64,000 nucleotides of DNA from an uncultured delta proteobacterium (GCA_963769935.1 CAVYNY010000022.1:288001-352000); one strand, 5' to 3'; counted from the stretch's first letter, positions 1-10,895 are shown. The notes: a model not told the origin generated them from the letters alone. A program made the numbers and translations.

Positions 1-1813
1 GAATCGAGCGGGCCGCCCGCCGTCCGCCGCCGATGGCAGTCACTACCAGACTGGGACCGGTGGCCGCATCCCCCGCAGCAAAGATGTGGGGAATATTGGA
101 TTGCAGGGTAGCCGGATCAACTTCAATCGTATTCCAGCGGGTGGTTTTGAGTTGCATGACCTGTTCCATGATGCCTTCGGTGAAGGAAACTTCCGGGGAC
201 TGGCCGATGGCTGTAATGACCATATCCGTTTCGATCAGGGTCTCAGAACCTTCAATGGGGACCGGTCTTCTTCTGCCGCTGGCATCCGGTTCTCCCAGCT
301 CCATTTTTAAGTATTCCAGATGGGTGACGTTGCCGTTTTCATCTCCAATGACGCGAACCGGAGCCGCCAGAAACTGAAATTTGACCCCTTCCTCCTCAGC
401 GGCGTCAATTTCTACCTCGTTGGCCGGCATTTCGTTGCGCGTTCGGCGATAGACGATGTAAACGTTTTCGACCCCCAACCGGAGCAGGTTGCGGGTACAG
501 TCAATGGCCGTGTTTCCGCCGCCGATGATAACGGATGATCGGCCGACCGGTATTTTTTCACCGCCGGCCAGACGCGATAAGAAGTCAATGCCCGTGTAAC
601 ATCCTTTTAAATTCTCGCCTTCCACCCGCAGTTTTGAGTCCTGCCACGCGCCGATACCAAGGAAAACGGCATCATAATTTTTGGCTGCCAGGGATGCCAG
701 GTCAAAATCGCGACCGAACTTCATATTGGTGTGGGCCTCGATGCCAAGATTGAGGATGCCTTCGATTTCCCAGTCCAGCACTTTTTTTGGCAGCCGGTAC
801 TCAGGAATCCCATAGCGCAGCATGCCGCCCAATTTGGGCATGGCTTCATAAATCGTTACATCGTGGCCCAGTCTTCGCAAAAAGAAAGCGCAGGTGAGCC
901 CTGCCGGACCGCCGCCGACAACTGCCACATGTTTGCCCGTGGACGGAGCCACCGGCACCGGCACCCGTTTGCCGGCGTTCATTTCATAATCGGCAGCAAA
1001 GCGTTTCAGCTGATTGATGGACACCGGATCGTCTTCGATGCCCCGCCGGCAATTCTCCTCGCAGGGATGCGGACAAACCCGGCCGCACGCCAGCAGCAAA
1101 GGGTTGCGCTCCCGGATGGTATTGACGGCACCTTCATAGTCGCCCTCACGTATTTGAGCGATGTATTTGGGAATATCGATTTCAGCCGGGCAGGTTTGGC
1201 GGCAGGGCGCCAATCGATCATCGGATTGGTTGAAATGCAGAATGCGTTGGGATGCCGTGGTTACATTCATCACGCCTTTCGGGCAGATCAGCTCGCATAC
1301 GCCGCAGCCGACACATTTTTGTCTGTCGACCACCGGATATCCCGCCGGCCCCATCGTTAACGCACCAAACATACAGGCCCGCACACAATCGCCCAAACCC
1401 AGGCATCCGACGCTGCAAACCCGCTGGCCGCCGGACATGGCAGCCTGGGCACTGCAGGTGTTAACGCCCACGTAAACGAATTTATTCTCGGCCCGGTTCC
1501 CGCCGGTGCAGGTATTGTAAGATTTGAGCGGCTCGGCCATGCCGACTTCCATACCCATGACAGCGGCCGCCCCTTGGGCGGAATCCGCGCCTCCAACCAC
1601 ACACACGCTGGGAGCTGCTTTACCTGCTACCACCGCAACCGCTGCTGCCGAGCATCCGGCATACCCGCAACCGCCGCAGTTTGCACCGGCTAAACATGAC
1701 TCGACCTCGGAAATACGAGGATCTTCCCAGACATAAAATATTAGCGACGCTGCGCCGAGCACAATTCCACAAATTGCACCCAGCGCCAGCATGAAAATTG
1801 TTCCTTCAAACAT
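1..1813 (-). CDS. rnfB: RnfB-like membrane-anchored polyferredoxin fused to a GltD/NfnB-like FAD/NAD(P) oxidoreductase (3' end runs off the window)
   Basis: Manual translation from ATG 1813 (RBS AAGGAG): MFEGTIFMLALGAICGIVLGAASLIFYVWEDPRI..LAGANCGGCGYAGC (RnfB TM + FeS motif), CSVGCLGLGDCVRAC and CVGCGVCELICP ferredoxin motifs, then APCRQTCP..CGRVCPHPCE..C, VAVVGGGPAGL, GGMLRYGIPEYRLP, IGGGNTAID, YRR, FAAGD. Absent from the ORF track because it has no stop in the window. Confidence 0.9.
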   Translation of the reverse strand, partial: MFEGTIFMLALGAICGIVLGAASLIFYVWEDPRISEVESCLAGANCGGCGYAGCSAAAVAVVAGKAAPSVCVVGGADSAQGAAAVMGMEVGMAEPLKSYNTCTGGNRAENKFVYVGVNTCSAQAAMSGGQRVCSVGCLGLGDCVRACMFGALTMGPAGYPVVDRQKCVGCGVCELICPKGVMNVTTASQRILHFNQSDDRLAPCRQTCPAEIDIPKYIAQIREGDYEGAVNTIRERNPLLLACGRVCPHPCEENCRRGIEDDPVSINQLKRFAADYEMNAGKRVPVPVAPSTGKHVAVVGGGPAGLTCAFFLRRLGHDVTIYEAMPKLGGMLRYGIPEYRLPKKVLDWEIEGILNLGIEAHTNMKFGRDFDLASLAAKNYDAVFLGIGAWQDSKLRVEGENLKGCYTGIDFLSRLAGGEKIPVGRSSVIIGGGNTAIDCTRNLLRLGVENVYIVYRRTRNEMPANEVEIDAAEEEGVKFQFLAAPVRVIGDENGNVTHLEYLKMELGEPDASGRRRPVPIEGSETLIETDMVITAIGQSPEVSFTEGIMEQVMQLKTTRWNTIEVDPATLQSNIPHIFAAGDAATGPSLVVTAIGGGRRAARSI

Positions 1814-1932
1814 AGACCGACTCCTTGAAATTATTCAGATCACAAGCACGATCGCGCAGCATCCGGCAGGCGACTTTCAGACTCAGCTTGCTTAAGGGTG
1901 CTGCATAGCGACCGTTTTTTTCGAAAGACGGC

Positions 1933-1961
1933 ATATTATCACCATAGATAAAATATTTCAA
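1933..1961 (-). promoter_or_regulatory. Putative sigma70 promoter of the rnfB fusion gene
   Basis: Minus strand TTGAAA-17 bp-TAATAT. Confidence 0.4.
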
Positions 1962-2004
1962 GTTTAAACAAAGATTTTAGTACAAATTTGACCAGCTGGT
2001 CGGC

Positions 2005-2316
2005 AGGCGGTTAGAGCGGCGAAGGCGGGAGACTGGGAAGCGGAAGGGCATGGGGCGCAGGGCATAGAGTATAGGGAATGAGCATGGGGCAAAGGGCATT
2101 GAGCATAGGGCGTGGGGTAAAGAGTTAGAGCGAAGGCCATAGCGTCCATTTGGTCGATTGGATTGGGGCTTACGAACTCCCGAGCTTATGTTATGAGCTT
2201 ACCAGCTTACCAGCTTTCAAGCCTTCCAACTTGCCGGCCTTTCTGCGACTCACTATTAACTCAATAAACTCAATAAACACAACAAACACAACAAACTCAA
2301 AAGACCCAATCAACCA
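2005..2316. repeat. Stack of degenerate 9-, 8- and 7-bp tandem repeats
   Basis: + strand AACTCAATA/AACACAACA x5-6, GCTTACCA-type 8-mers, GGGCATA/GAGCATG-type 7-mers, GCGGGAGA/CTGGGAAG 8-mers. Confidence 0.85.
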
Positions 2317-2320
2317 AGCA

Positions 2321-4039
2321 TCAGCACACACCGCACATCCGGCAGGTATCCACCTGGCAGTCCGGTGTGGCCAGGCCTTTGACAGCGCGCTGCCACTCCT
2401 TTTGCAGAAATGATTTTTTGATGCCGTGATCGATGAAATCCCACGGAAGCAGTTCGTCCGGATCACGTTCCCGCAGAACATAAAAGTCCGGGTTGACGGG
2501 AACAGTTTTAAGCGTCGTGGCCCAGTTGCCTCCGTTGGCATGGGCCAGCGCAAGGATATCGGCGACTTTGCGATCGCCGCGCGACAGCAGAGCCTGAATG
2601 TAGCCCCAGCGGGGGATATCAGAATTTATCCGGAGGTTGGCTACCTTGTTCAACTCACTTTTTATTTTTTTTATTTTGTTCTTCAGTACGCCGACGCCCT
2701 CCATTGCCGCCCATTGAAAGGGGGTAAACGGTTTCGGCACAAATGAGTTGAGGCTGACGGTTATGGTGCCGATTCTTTGGCGGGTGCGGCTGGAAGTTAA
2801 AAAGCGATGTTTGATTTTTTTGACCAACGTAATAATCGCATCGACATCCGCTTCGGTTTCGGTCGGAAGTCCGACCATAAAATACAGCTTTATATTCGCA
2901 ATTCCATTTTCGACCAGAACCGACGCGGCATTCAGCACGTCATTTTCAGTGATGCCCTTGTTGATGACCTGGCGCATGCGTTGCGAGCCGACTTCCGGCG
3001 CGATGGTAGCCGTTTTCACATTGCTTTGTTTCAAGGCTGCGACCAGCCCATCCGTTAAACGGTCGGCGCGCAGGGAACTGAATGAAAGTCTGATATCCTG
3101 ATCCCGGAATTTCTTGCATAGTTCTTCGATTCCGGGCAGATCCGATACCGCCGCCCCCACCAGCCCGATGCGATCGGTGATTTGAGCACCTTTTTTTATG
3201 GTTTGTTCAAGCAGCGGGACGGAGCGAAATCTGGGCGGCCGGTAGATAAATCCAGCACTGCAAAAGCGACAGCCGTGGGGACAGCCGCGGCCGGTTTCGA
3301 CTAAAAATGTTTGATCAAAGGTTGTGTCAAGGGCTACGATCGAGCTGCAGGTGGCCGATTGGTCCAGCTCTTTTGTATGCACGCGTTTTATTTTGCGGGG
3401 CACGTCCGCCAGAGGTTTAAAGTCCGCCAGAGTACCGTCGTCATTGTAGCGGGTCTGGTAAAGCGCCGGGACATACGCACCCGGGACGTTGCGGGCCAGG
3501 TTTATCAAAACGCGTCTTTTTATCTGCAGCCGGATCAAAAGTTTGAATAAAAGGCGGGAGCATCTCTTCGGCTTCGCCGATGAAAAAACAGTCGATAAAA
3601 GCGGACATCGGTTCGGGATTTAAAAAGCATGCCACGCCGCCGGCGATAACCAGCGGGTGCCGGTGATCTCTGTCACTCGGCTTGCAGCGGGATACCGGCC
3701 TTTTCCAGCATGGCCAGCACATTGGGATAGTCGTTTTCAAATGACAGGGAAAAGGCGATGATATCGGCCGCGGCAACGGGCCGGCCCGACTCCATGGTAG
3801 TCAGAAGCGGTCGGCCGAGACGGGCTTTCATCCGGCAGAAAAACCCTTTCACATACCACGTGATCATATCGGTTGAAAAGCCCATACAGGGTCAGAAACC
3901 CGAGGTTGGACATGCCGACATGATAGCGGTTGGGGTACGCCAGGGCGATACTGACTCTGGAATTCCAGGATTTTCGGATGGTTCCGATTTCGGCCTTACC
4001 GTGAGGGCGGTTACGCGTTTATCTGATTTTGCGCGGCAT
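2321..4039 (-). CDS. Radical SAM protein (COG1032-like, uncharacterised); several apparent frameshifts
   Basis: Joined frames give ALAYPNRYHVGMSNLG..CERVFLP..ESGRPV..DIIAFSLSFENDY..GGVACFLNPEP..IGEAE..ETGRGCPHGCRFC (CxxxCxxC)..YFMVGLPTE..FVPKPFTPFQW; C-terminal CQVDTCRMCGVC. Confidence 0.85.
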
Positions 4040-4346
4040 ATTGTCGCCTGTCCGTTTTCGCAGCGAAGATGACCGGATCGTTACAGAACATCAGAGGGGT
4101 ACGTGGTCCGTTGCGTTGGTAAAAAAGGGATAGGACCTCAATTCACTTGCGAACTGATTCCCCAATGGTTGTTGCAGCAAGATTGCATCAAGAAAAGTCA
4201 TTCATTACCGTATAATGATGCTGTTCCGGTCAGCAGTCAACAACCCCAATAAGATGCCGTTTCAGACACTTTGAAAATACTGCCGCATCGAAAAACAATC
4301 CTCCCTTCCGCAACAACAGACATTGGATATTTTAGCGAAGGCCCGT

Positions 4347-4400
4347 GAACATTGAATAATGAACAACAGACGCAAACAGCCGACAACTGACAACGGACAT
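4347..4400. repeat. Degenerate 7-bp repeat directly after the ftsZ stop
   Basis: Sense TCCGTTG TCAGTTG TCGGCTG..TCTGTTG. Confidence 0.6.
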
Positions 4401-4402
4401 TC

Positions 4403-5580
4403 CTAATCAGCTTTTCTTCTTAAGAAAGTCGGGACATCCAAATCGACCGTCATTGACGATCACACCGCTGGTGCCGCGGTAAATGGCCCCCGACGATTCT
4501 CCGACCGCCCTTTTCTGGCGGATAAAGGTCGGCTCATCATAATCGACAATTTTTTCCAGATCTTCAGGGGTGATGTCCCTGATTTTTCCCCGCAGCGGCT
4601 GTACCAGCGGCTGTTCCGTTGACCGGTTCTTTGCCGATGCCGGTTGCGATAACCGTCACCCGCATCTCATCGCCCAGGCTGTCGTCCAATGAGGTACCCC
4701 AGAAAATTTCAGCGTCGTCGCCCACTTCTTTGTGAATGAACTCGGATGCCTCGGCAACCTCTTCGAATTCCATGTCGCTGGTGGCGGTGATATTCATCAA
4801 TACTCCCTTGGCGCCTTTAATGGGAATGTCCTCCAGCAGGGGATGGGAGATCGCTTTTTCGGCAGCTTCCACCGCCCGATTTTCACCCGATGCGATGCCA
4901 ATGCCCATCAGGGCCAAGCCGGCCTTGGACATGGTGGTTCTGACATCGGCAAAATCAAGATTAACCACACCCGGCATCATAATCAGATCCGTGATTCCTT
5001 TAACCGAATGCAGCAGGATTTCATCGGCCTTTACAAACATTTCCATCAAGGTGGCTTTTTTGGATGCCAGACCCCGCAGCCGGTCATTGGGAATGGTGAT
5101 GGCGGTATCCACGACCTTCTTCAGAGCCTCGATGGCATCGTCGGCCACTTTGGCGCGCTTTTTACCTTCAAAGGAAAACGGCCGGGTTACCACTGCCACC
5201 GTCAAAGCCCCCAGGTCTTTGCTGATTTCCGCAATGACTGGGGCCGCGCCGCTGCCGGTGCCGCCGCCGAATCCGGCAGTAATGAACACCATGTGACTGT
5301 CGGCCAACGCCTGTCTGATTGCTTCTTCGTTTTCCAGGGCGGCATCCCGGCCTACCTGGGGATTGGCCCCGGCTCCCAAGCCCTCGGTAATATGTTCTCC
5401 CAGCTGAATCCGGACCGACGCTTTGGAAATTTCCAAAGCCTGGGCATCTGTATTGGCCGCAATGAATTTAACTCCCTGAAGATTAGATGCGATCATGTTG
5501 TTGATAGCGTTGCCGCCTGCGCCGCCAACTCCGATAACCTTGATTTTCGCTGATTTTTCCTTGTCCACATAAGTAAACAT
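4403..5580 (-). CDS. ftsZ: Cell division protein FtsZ (two apparent +1 frameshifts in the C-terminal linker)
   Basis: IKVIGVGGAGGNA, GGGTGSG tubulin motif, NLDFADV; conserved tail DLDVPTFLRRKAD* ends at TAG 4403-4405 in a shifted frame. Confidence 0.97.
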
Positions 5581-5600
5581 GTTTTGCCCTCCTACCGAGT

Positions 5601-5792
5601 ATAGTTATTGGTTATTGGTTTTCGTCGTTTCTGAATTCTATCCTCTATCTTCACGAAGGCTGGGAAGCCGGGAAGCTGGGAGGCTGGGAAGTTGCGAAAC
5701 AGAACCCTTTGCCCCGCATTTTGCCTTCCGACTTCGCACACCTCCGACCTCTGTTCTCTGTTTTCTGACATCTGTCTTCTGTCTGTCTGTCT
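5601..5792. repeat. Stack of degenerate 7/8-bp repeats between ftsA and ftsZ
   Basis: Sense GACAGAA-type 7-mers, CTTCCCAG x4, AGATAGA, AACCAAT x3. Confidence 0.85.
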
Positions 5793-7020
5793 TCAAACCA
5801 CATCATGAAACCACTTCTTCATCGTGGTCATGACACGATTGAATATGTTTTTGTCCCGGATCCTGAAATTTCTTTGAATCGCGGTTGCGGGCACCGAACA
5901 GAACCAACCCCACTCCGGTGGCGTACATGGGATTGTTGACCACATCCACCAGGCCTTTGATTCCCTGCGGCTTGCCCAGACGGGTGGGCAGCTTGAAAAC
6001 CGATTCCGCAACTTCCGAGACCCCTTCCAGCAGGGATGTCCCGCCAGTTAAGACAACTCCGGAATTGATGGAATTCTCCATCCGGGCCCGATAAATTTCC
6101 CGATAAACCAGCTCGAAAATTTCCTCCAGCCGGGGTTCCAGTATTTCTCCAAGGATTTGCCGCGGAAGTTTGCGGGATTCACGACCACCCATTCCTGATA
6201 CCTCTATGGATTCATCACTGCTGATATCCCGAGCCAGACAGGTGCCGTATTTTTTCTTAATTTTTTCGGCTTCGGCCTGAGGCGTGCGCAACCCAATTGC
6301 GATGTCGTTGGTCAGGTTGTTGCCTCCCAAAGCCAGCACAAAGGTATGCTTTATATTTTTTCCGGAAAAAACGGCCAGGTCGGTGGTTCCGCCGCCAAGA
6401 TCCAGTAGGGCGGTGCCCAGTTGTTTTTCTTCGTCGGTCAGGACGGCTTCACCGGATGCCAGTGACTCCAGCACAATATCGGAAACATCGAGTCCTGATC
6501 GATTGGCACATTTCACAATATTGTGGGCCGACGCGACGGCCCCGGTAACGATGTGAATTTTGGCCTCCAACCGCACCCCGGCCATTCCCACCGGGTTTTG
6601 AATGCCCGTCTCGTCATCGACAATAAATTCCTGGGGCAGCACATGAATGACTTCACGATCCATGGGAATCGCAACTGCTCTGGCGGCATCGATAACCCGT
6701 TCGACATCGTTTTCGGTGATTTCCGGACCTTTGATGGCAACAATACCGCGGCTGTTAAATCCCGTGATGTGCCCGCCGGCAATACCGGTACACACCGAAG
6801 AAATCTCACAGCCCGCCATTAGTTCAGCCTCTTCTACCGCTTTTTTAATTGATTCCACCGTCGATTCGATATTGATGACCACTCCCTTGCGCAACCCGAT
6901 GGAAGGGTGCGTTCCAATGCCGATAATGCTGATATCCGCCCCGGATGCTTCACCCACTACAGCACAGATCTTGGTCGTTCCGATATCAAGGCCCACGATA
7001 ATATCGTCTGCTCGCCGCAT
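5793..7020 (-). CDS. ftsA: Cell division protein FtsA (one +1 frameshift near the 3' end)
   Basis: VGLDIGTTKI, DLGGGTT, VLTGG; C-terminal helix IFNRVMTTMKKWFHDVV in shifted frame; ATG 7020 has GAGGAGG RBS. Confidence 0.97.
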
Positions 7021-7093
7021 TCTATTCCTCCTCATGATCCCTGCCGGATTGTCGCATGGCTCCTGTCAATGTCGGCAATAGAACCCGCCCGTT

Positions 7094-7951
7094 TTACTGC
7101 AAGCCCAGGGGGTGCACCACGACACGCTCTAAATTGTTCAGATCAATGCGATCAAAATCCAATATGTTCGGTTGACGTTTAAGATATGAAAATAAATTCG
7201 CCAGCATATGATACTTGCCGGGAAAATCGCTGTATCCAAGATTTATGGCTTTGATGCCGTCAAAGGCGTAAACCGTAAGACCGATTTGCCGATCGACTTT
7301 AATTTGCCGGACGAGACGATTCGGCAAAATGCTGCCCTGCTGCAAGCCCATTTGCAATACCTGCATCACCGCTTTAAACGATGCCGAGTGCCCCGATGTT
7401 CGATTTTTCTCTGATGATTGCGGCTGGTCCCATACCGTCAAATCCGAGACATCGAGGCCGCTGACCACCGGCAGATCCGCAGGATCCGATGGATCCCATG
7501 CTTTAAATATCTGGCCCTGACGGTTGATCAGAAATTTTTGCCCGAAATCCACCATTGCCAGTGCATCTTGTTCTTTGATGCGTATGATCAGCCGGGATGG
7601 AATCTCCCGGCGGACCTCGGCTTCGGCAATCCACGGATGGGCCAGCAGTCGTTTGCGAACCAGTGACAGATTAATCGCCAGGATATTATCGCCCATGCGG
7701 ATACCGGCTTGCCGGGCGACAGTCTCCGGCGTTAATCGCTGTGTGCCTTCAATGCTCATCTGCCGGGCCGCAAAATAATCACATTGGGTTGCCAGATCGT
7801 ACACCAGAATGAAAAAGCCGGTCACCGCCGCCAATACAAAGACTGCCGCCAGCGCCTGGCCTGCCAGCATGATGCCCTGTAAGAATTTATTGCGCCGTTC
7901 GGCTCTCAGGGATTTGCGATAATTTTTGCGCGGCTTATTTCGTAAAAACAA
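7094..7951 (-). CDS. ftsQ: Cell division protein FtsQ/DivIB
   Basis: Basic N-terminus, single TM, POTRA segment (LLAHPWIAEAEVRREIPSRLIIRIKE), position before ftsA. Confidence 0.9.
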   Translation of the reverse strand: MFLRNKPRKNYRKSLRAERRNKFLQGIMLAGQALAAVFVLAAVTGFFILVYDLATQCDYFAARQMSIEGTQRLTPETVARQAGIRMGDNILAINLSLVRKRLLAHPWIAEAEVRREIPSRLIIRIKEQDALAMVDFGQKFLINRQGQIFKAWDPSDPADLPVVSGLDVSDLTVWDQPQSSEKNRTSGHSASFKAVMQVLQMGLQQGSILPNRLVRQIKVDRQIGLTVYAFDGIKAINLGYSDFPGKYHMLANLFSYLKRQPNILDFDRIDLNNLERVVVHPLGLQ

Positions 7952-7964
7952 TTTTAGCAGGCCT

Positions 7965-8172
7965 TTTAGTTGATTCAGTAGACTAAGTTTATTGAGTTCA
8001 TTGGGTTCATTGAGTTGACTAAGTCTATTAAATTAATTGAGTTGATAGGTCCTAGTTGATAGCTTCCAGGCTTCTCAGCCTATCTAGATTCTCAACCTCT
8101 CGCTTTCTTATCTTCTCATCTCCTCTTTGTCTGCCATTCTCTCACCTTCTCACCTTCTCACCTTCTCAACTT
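7965..8172. repeat. 8-bp and 9-bp repeat arms between murC and ftsQ
   Basis: Sense GTGAGAAG x3 plus degenerate copies starting within the murC stop codon, then AACTCAATG/AACCCAATG/AACTCAATA 9-mers. Confidence 0.85.
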
Positions 8173-9554
8173 CTTTTCCCCCCGCCTTCCAACTCCTGCA
8201 GCAGCAACTCCCCCACCTTCCAGACATCTCCGGCGCCAAGGGTCAGCAAAACGTCGGCCGGTTTTAAATTTTGCTTCAGGTAAGCCGCCGCATCTTCGAT
8301 CCCCGCCGCATAAACTACTTCCCTGTGGCCGTGAGCCTGAATGCCTTCACCCAGCAACCGGCCGGATACACCTTCGATTTCTTTCTCGCTGGCGGCATAA
8401 ATCGGCAATACGAGCAGAACATCGCATTGGTAGAATGAACGCGTGAAATCATCAAACAGGGCCCGGGTCCGGGTGTAGCGATGCGGTTGAAAAACGACCA
8501 CTTTGCGTCGGCCGGGCCAGCATTTCTCAACTGCCTCCAGGGTGCTTTTAATTTCGGTGGGATGATGCCCGTAATCATCCACCACCGTGATATCATTTGC
8601 CTCACCCTTGATTTCCAGCCTGCGCTGGACGCCTTCAAGGGTTTCCAGCGCTTTTTTGATGGCTGCGAAAGGCACATCCAACTCGATGCCCACCGCGATA
8701 CTGGCCGTGGCGTTGTAGACATTGTGAAGGCCGGGCAGATTCAGGGTAATGCGGCCAAGCTTCTGCCCGTGGCAATAGACGGTGAACCGGCTTTGCCGCT
8801 TCTCAAACGTCACATCCCTTATCTGGAAATCGGCTTGGGAGTTCATGCCATAGGTTGTATAGCGTTTTTTAATTTTAGGGATCAAATCCTGGATCGGCTC
8901 GTTGTCCAGACAAAGGACGGCCAGACCGTAAAATGGTATCCGATCGATAAAGCTCAGAAAGACAGACTTGATGGCATCCAGGTCCGCATAAAAATCCAGA
9001 TGCTCACGATCAATATTCGTGACCACGGCTATGGCGGGCGAGTATTTCAAAAATGATCCATCGCTTTCATCGGCTTCGGCCACGATAAAATCACCCTGGC
9101 CCAAAACGGCGTTGGATCCGATACTTTTCAGCTTCCCGCCGATGACCACCGTCGGATCAAGCCCCCCACGGGCCAATACCGACGCCACTATCGAGGTCGT
9201 TGTGGTTTTACCGTGCGCACCGGCGATGGCCACACTGTATTTTAACCGCATCAACTCGGCCAACATTTCAGCCCTTGGAATTACCGGAATCGATGCCTGC
9301 TCGGCAGCCAGCACCTCGGGGTTGTCGCGGCTGACGGCCGACGAGGTTACGACCACATCGGCGCCGCTGATCTGGTCTGCCAGATGCCCTTCAAAGATAA
9401 TGCCGCCCAATGCTTTGAGCCGCTCGGTGATATCGGAGGATTTCAAATCTGACCCGGATACCCTGTAGCCCAGATTGAGCAGCAACTCGGCAATGCCGCT
9501 CATTCCGATGCCGCCGATTCCGACAAAATGGATGTGATATTTTTTTCGATACAT
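8166..9554 (-). CDS. murC: UDP-N-acetylmuramate--L-alanine ligase
   Basis: HFVGIGGIGMSG, GAHGKTTT, EADESDGSF, DDYGHHPTE, FQPHRYTRT. Confidence 0.98.
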   Translation of the reverse strand: MYRKKYHIHFVGIGGIGMSGIAELLLNLGYRVSGSDLKSSDITERLKALGGIIFEGHLADQISGADVVVTSSAVSRDNPEVLAAEQASIPVIPRAEMLAELMRLKYSVAIAGAHGKTTTTSIVASVLARGGLDPTVVIGGKLKSIGSNAVLGQGDFIVAEADESDGSFLKYSPAIAVVTNIDREHLDFYADLDAIKSVFLSFIDRIPFYGLAVLCLDNEPIQDLIPKIKKRYTTYGMNSQADFQIRDVTFEKRQSRFTVYCHGQKLGRITLNLPGLHNVYNATASIAVGIELDVPFAAIKKALETLEGVQRRLEIKGEANDITVVDDYGHHPTEIKSTLEAVEKCWPGRRKVVVFQPHRYTRTRALFDDFTRSFYQCDVLLVLPIYAASEKEIEGVSGRLLGEGIQAHGHREVVYAAGIEDAAAYLKQNLKPADVLLTLGAGDVWKVGELLLQELEGGGKRS

Positions 9555-9612
9555 TGTTTCGAGTTCCGTGTTACGGGTTGCGCGTTTTGCACTGCGTGTT
9601 TCGCGCTTTGGT
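9555..9612. repeat. Degenerate 7-bp repeat abutting the murC start
   Basis: Sense CGCAACC CGTAACA CGGAACT CGAAACA then ATG. Confidence 0.7.
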
Positions 9613-9620
9613 TCGACTGG

Positions 9621-10736
9621 TCAACCTTTCAAATCATCAATCAACCGATAACAATCATCCACAATAAGCTTGGCGGCATCCGGCCTGCCGAAACGGCGGG
9701 CCCTGGCGGCCATATCATTCAAAGCTGCCGGGTGCGCGGCATAATACGCTATTTTTTCACTTAGAATTTTGCCGTTGAGATCTTTTTCATAAATCATTTC
9801 GGCGGCGCCTTTTTCTGTGAGGCTGCGGGCATTAAACACCTGATGGTCATCCGCCGCGTAAGGGAACGGGATGAATATGACCGCTTTGCCCAGGGCAGTT
9901 ATCTCGGCAACCGTTGTTGCGCCGGCGCGACATATCAGAAGGTCAGTCCGGCTGTAAATTTCGGCCATGTTGTCGAAAAAGGGTTGAACCGTGCAGCCAA
10001 TTTGATTCCGGCGGTAGGCTTCGCCGACCGTCGCTGCGTCCGTCGCGCCGGTCTGATGGACGAAATGCAGGTGTTCTCTTTCTTTCAGATTCGGCAACGC
10101 TTCCATGACCGCCATGTTTATCCTGTGGGCGCCCTGACTGCCGCCGATAATCAGAATCGTAAAATGCCGGTTGCCGCCGGCGTTTTTTTGCCCGTTTTGA
10201 CTGCGATCGGCACCTGCCAGCAATTCACGGCGCACCGGGTTGCCCGTCCACAGGATTTTTTTCGATTGCAACCGCGATCTAGTATTTTCAAACGAAATGT
10301 AAATACGTTTGGCAAAACGCGATAAAATTCTGTTGGTTATACCCGGCAATATATTTTGTTCATGAACAACAGTCGGTATTCGCTGCAGCCAGGCACCGAT
10401 TATTACCGGTCCGGCAGAATAGCTTCCGAGCCCGATAGCCAGATCCGGCCGGAATTTTTTAATGATCTGCCGAGATTGCGAAATTCCGATGGGAATTTTT
10501 ACGGTCGATTTCAGCTGATTCCATATTCCCCGGCCCTTAATGCCGGCGGCTGTGATACAGTCAAGTTCGAAGCCCGCTTTGGCAAGCACCGATCTCTCCA
10601 GCGGATTGCCGGTGCTTACAAAAATGATCCTGGTTGCTGCATTCCGGCACCGGAACTCCTGGGCAATGGCAATTCCGGGAAACAGGTGGCCGCCGGTTCC
10701 ACCGCCGGCGATCAGGATGCCGAGCGCACGATTCAT
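9621..10736 (-). CDS. murG: Undecaprenyl-PP-MurNAc-pentapeptide GlcNAc transferase
   Basis: AGGGTGGHLFP, HEQN, GNPVR, GGSQGA, CRAGATT; start placed at MNRALG because the longer ORF extension is repeat-derived. Confidence 0.97.
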   Translation of the reverse strand: MNRALGILIAGGGTGGHLFPGIAIAQEFRCRNAATRIIFVSTGNPLERSVLAKAGFELDCITAAGIKGRGIWNQLKSTVKIPIGISQSRQIIKKFRPDLAIGLGSYSAGPVIIGAWLQRIPTVVHEQNILPGITNRILSRFAKRIYISFENTRSRLQSKKILWTGNPVRRELLAGADRSQNGQKNAGGNRHFTILIIGGSQGAHRINMAVMEALPNLKEREHLHFVHQTGATDAATVGEAYRRNQIGCTVQPFFDNMAEIYSRTDLLICRAGATTVAEITALGKAVIFIPFPYAADDHQVFNARSLTEKGAAEMIYEKDLNGKILSEKIAYYAAHPAALNDMAARARRFGRPDAAKLIVDDCYRLIDDLKG

Positions 10737-10789
10737 TGTACTGCCAGCATCATTTAAAGCGCTCTTTTCCTTAAGGCCGGCTTGCCCTA

Positions 10790-10895
10790 TTGCTGATAGG
10801 CTTAAGGATTTTAAAAAAGCTGATAGCCGATAGCTGACAGCTGATTGTCTGAATGATGCAATCCTTGCTTTTCCATGAGCTATGAGCAATGGGCT
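10790..10895. repeat. GCTCATA and GCTATCA 7-bp repeats between ftsW and murG
   Basis: Sense GCTCATAGCTCATG then CAGCTGTCAGCTATCGGCTATCAGCT. Confidence 0.7.

Noticed and set aside
33..1736. Plus-strand ORFs in the first 1.8 kb and other antisense ORFs (e.g. 4732-5553, 35971-37113)
   Set aside because: They are shadows of well-supported genes on the opposite strand.
4403..7020. ftsZ and ftsA as pseudogenes or programmed frameshifts
   Set aside because: They are essential genes with intact motifs on both sides of the shifts, no consistent slippery sites were seen, and the insertion bias is window-wide.
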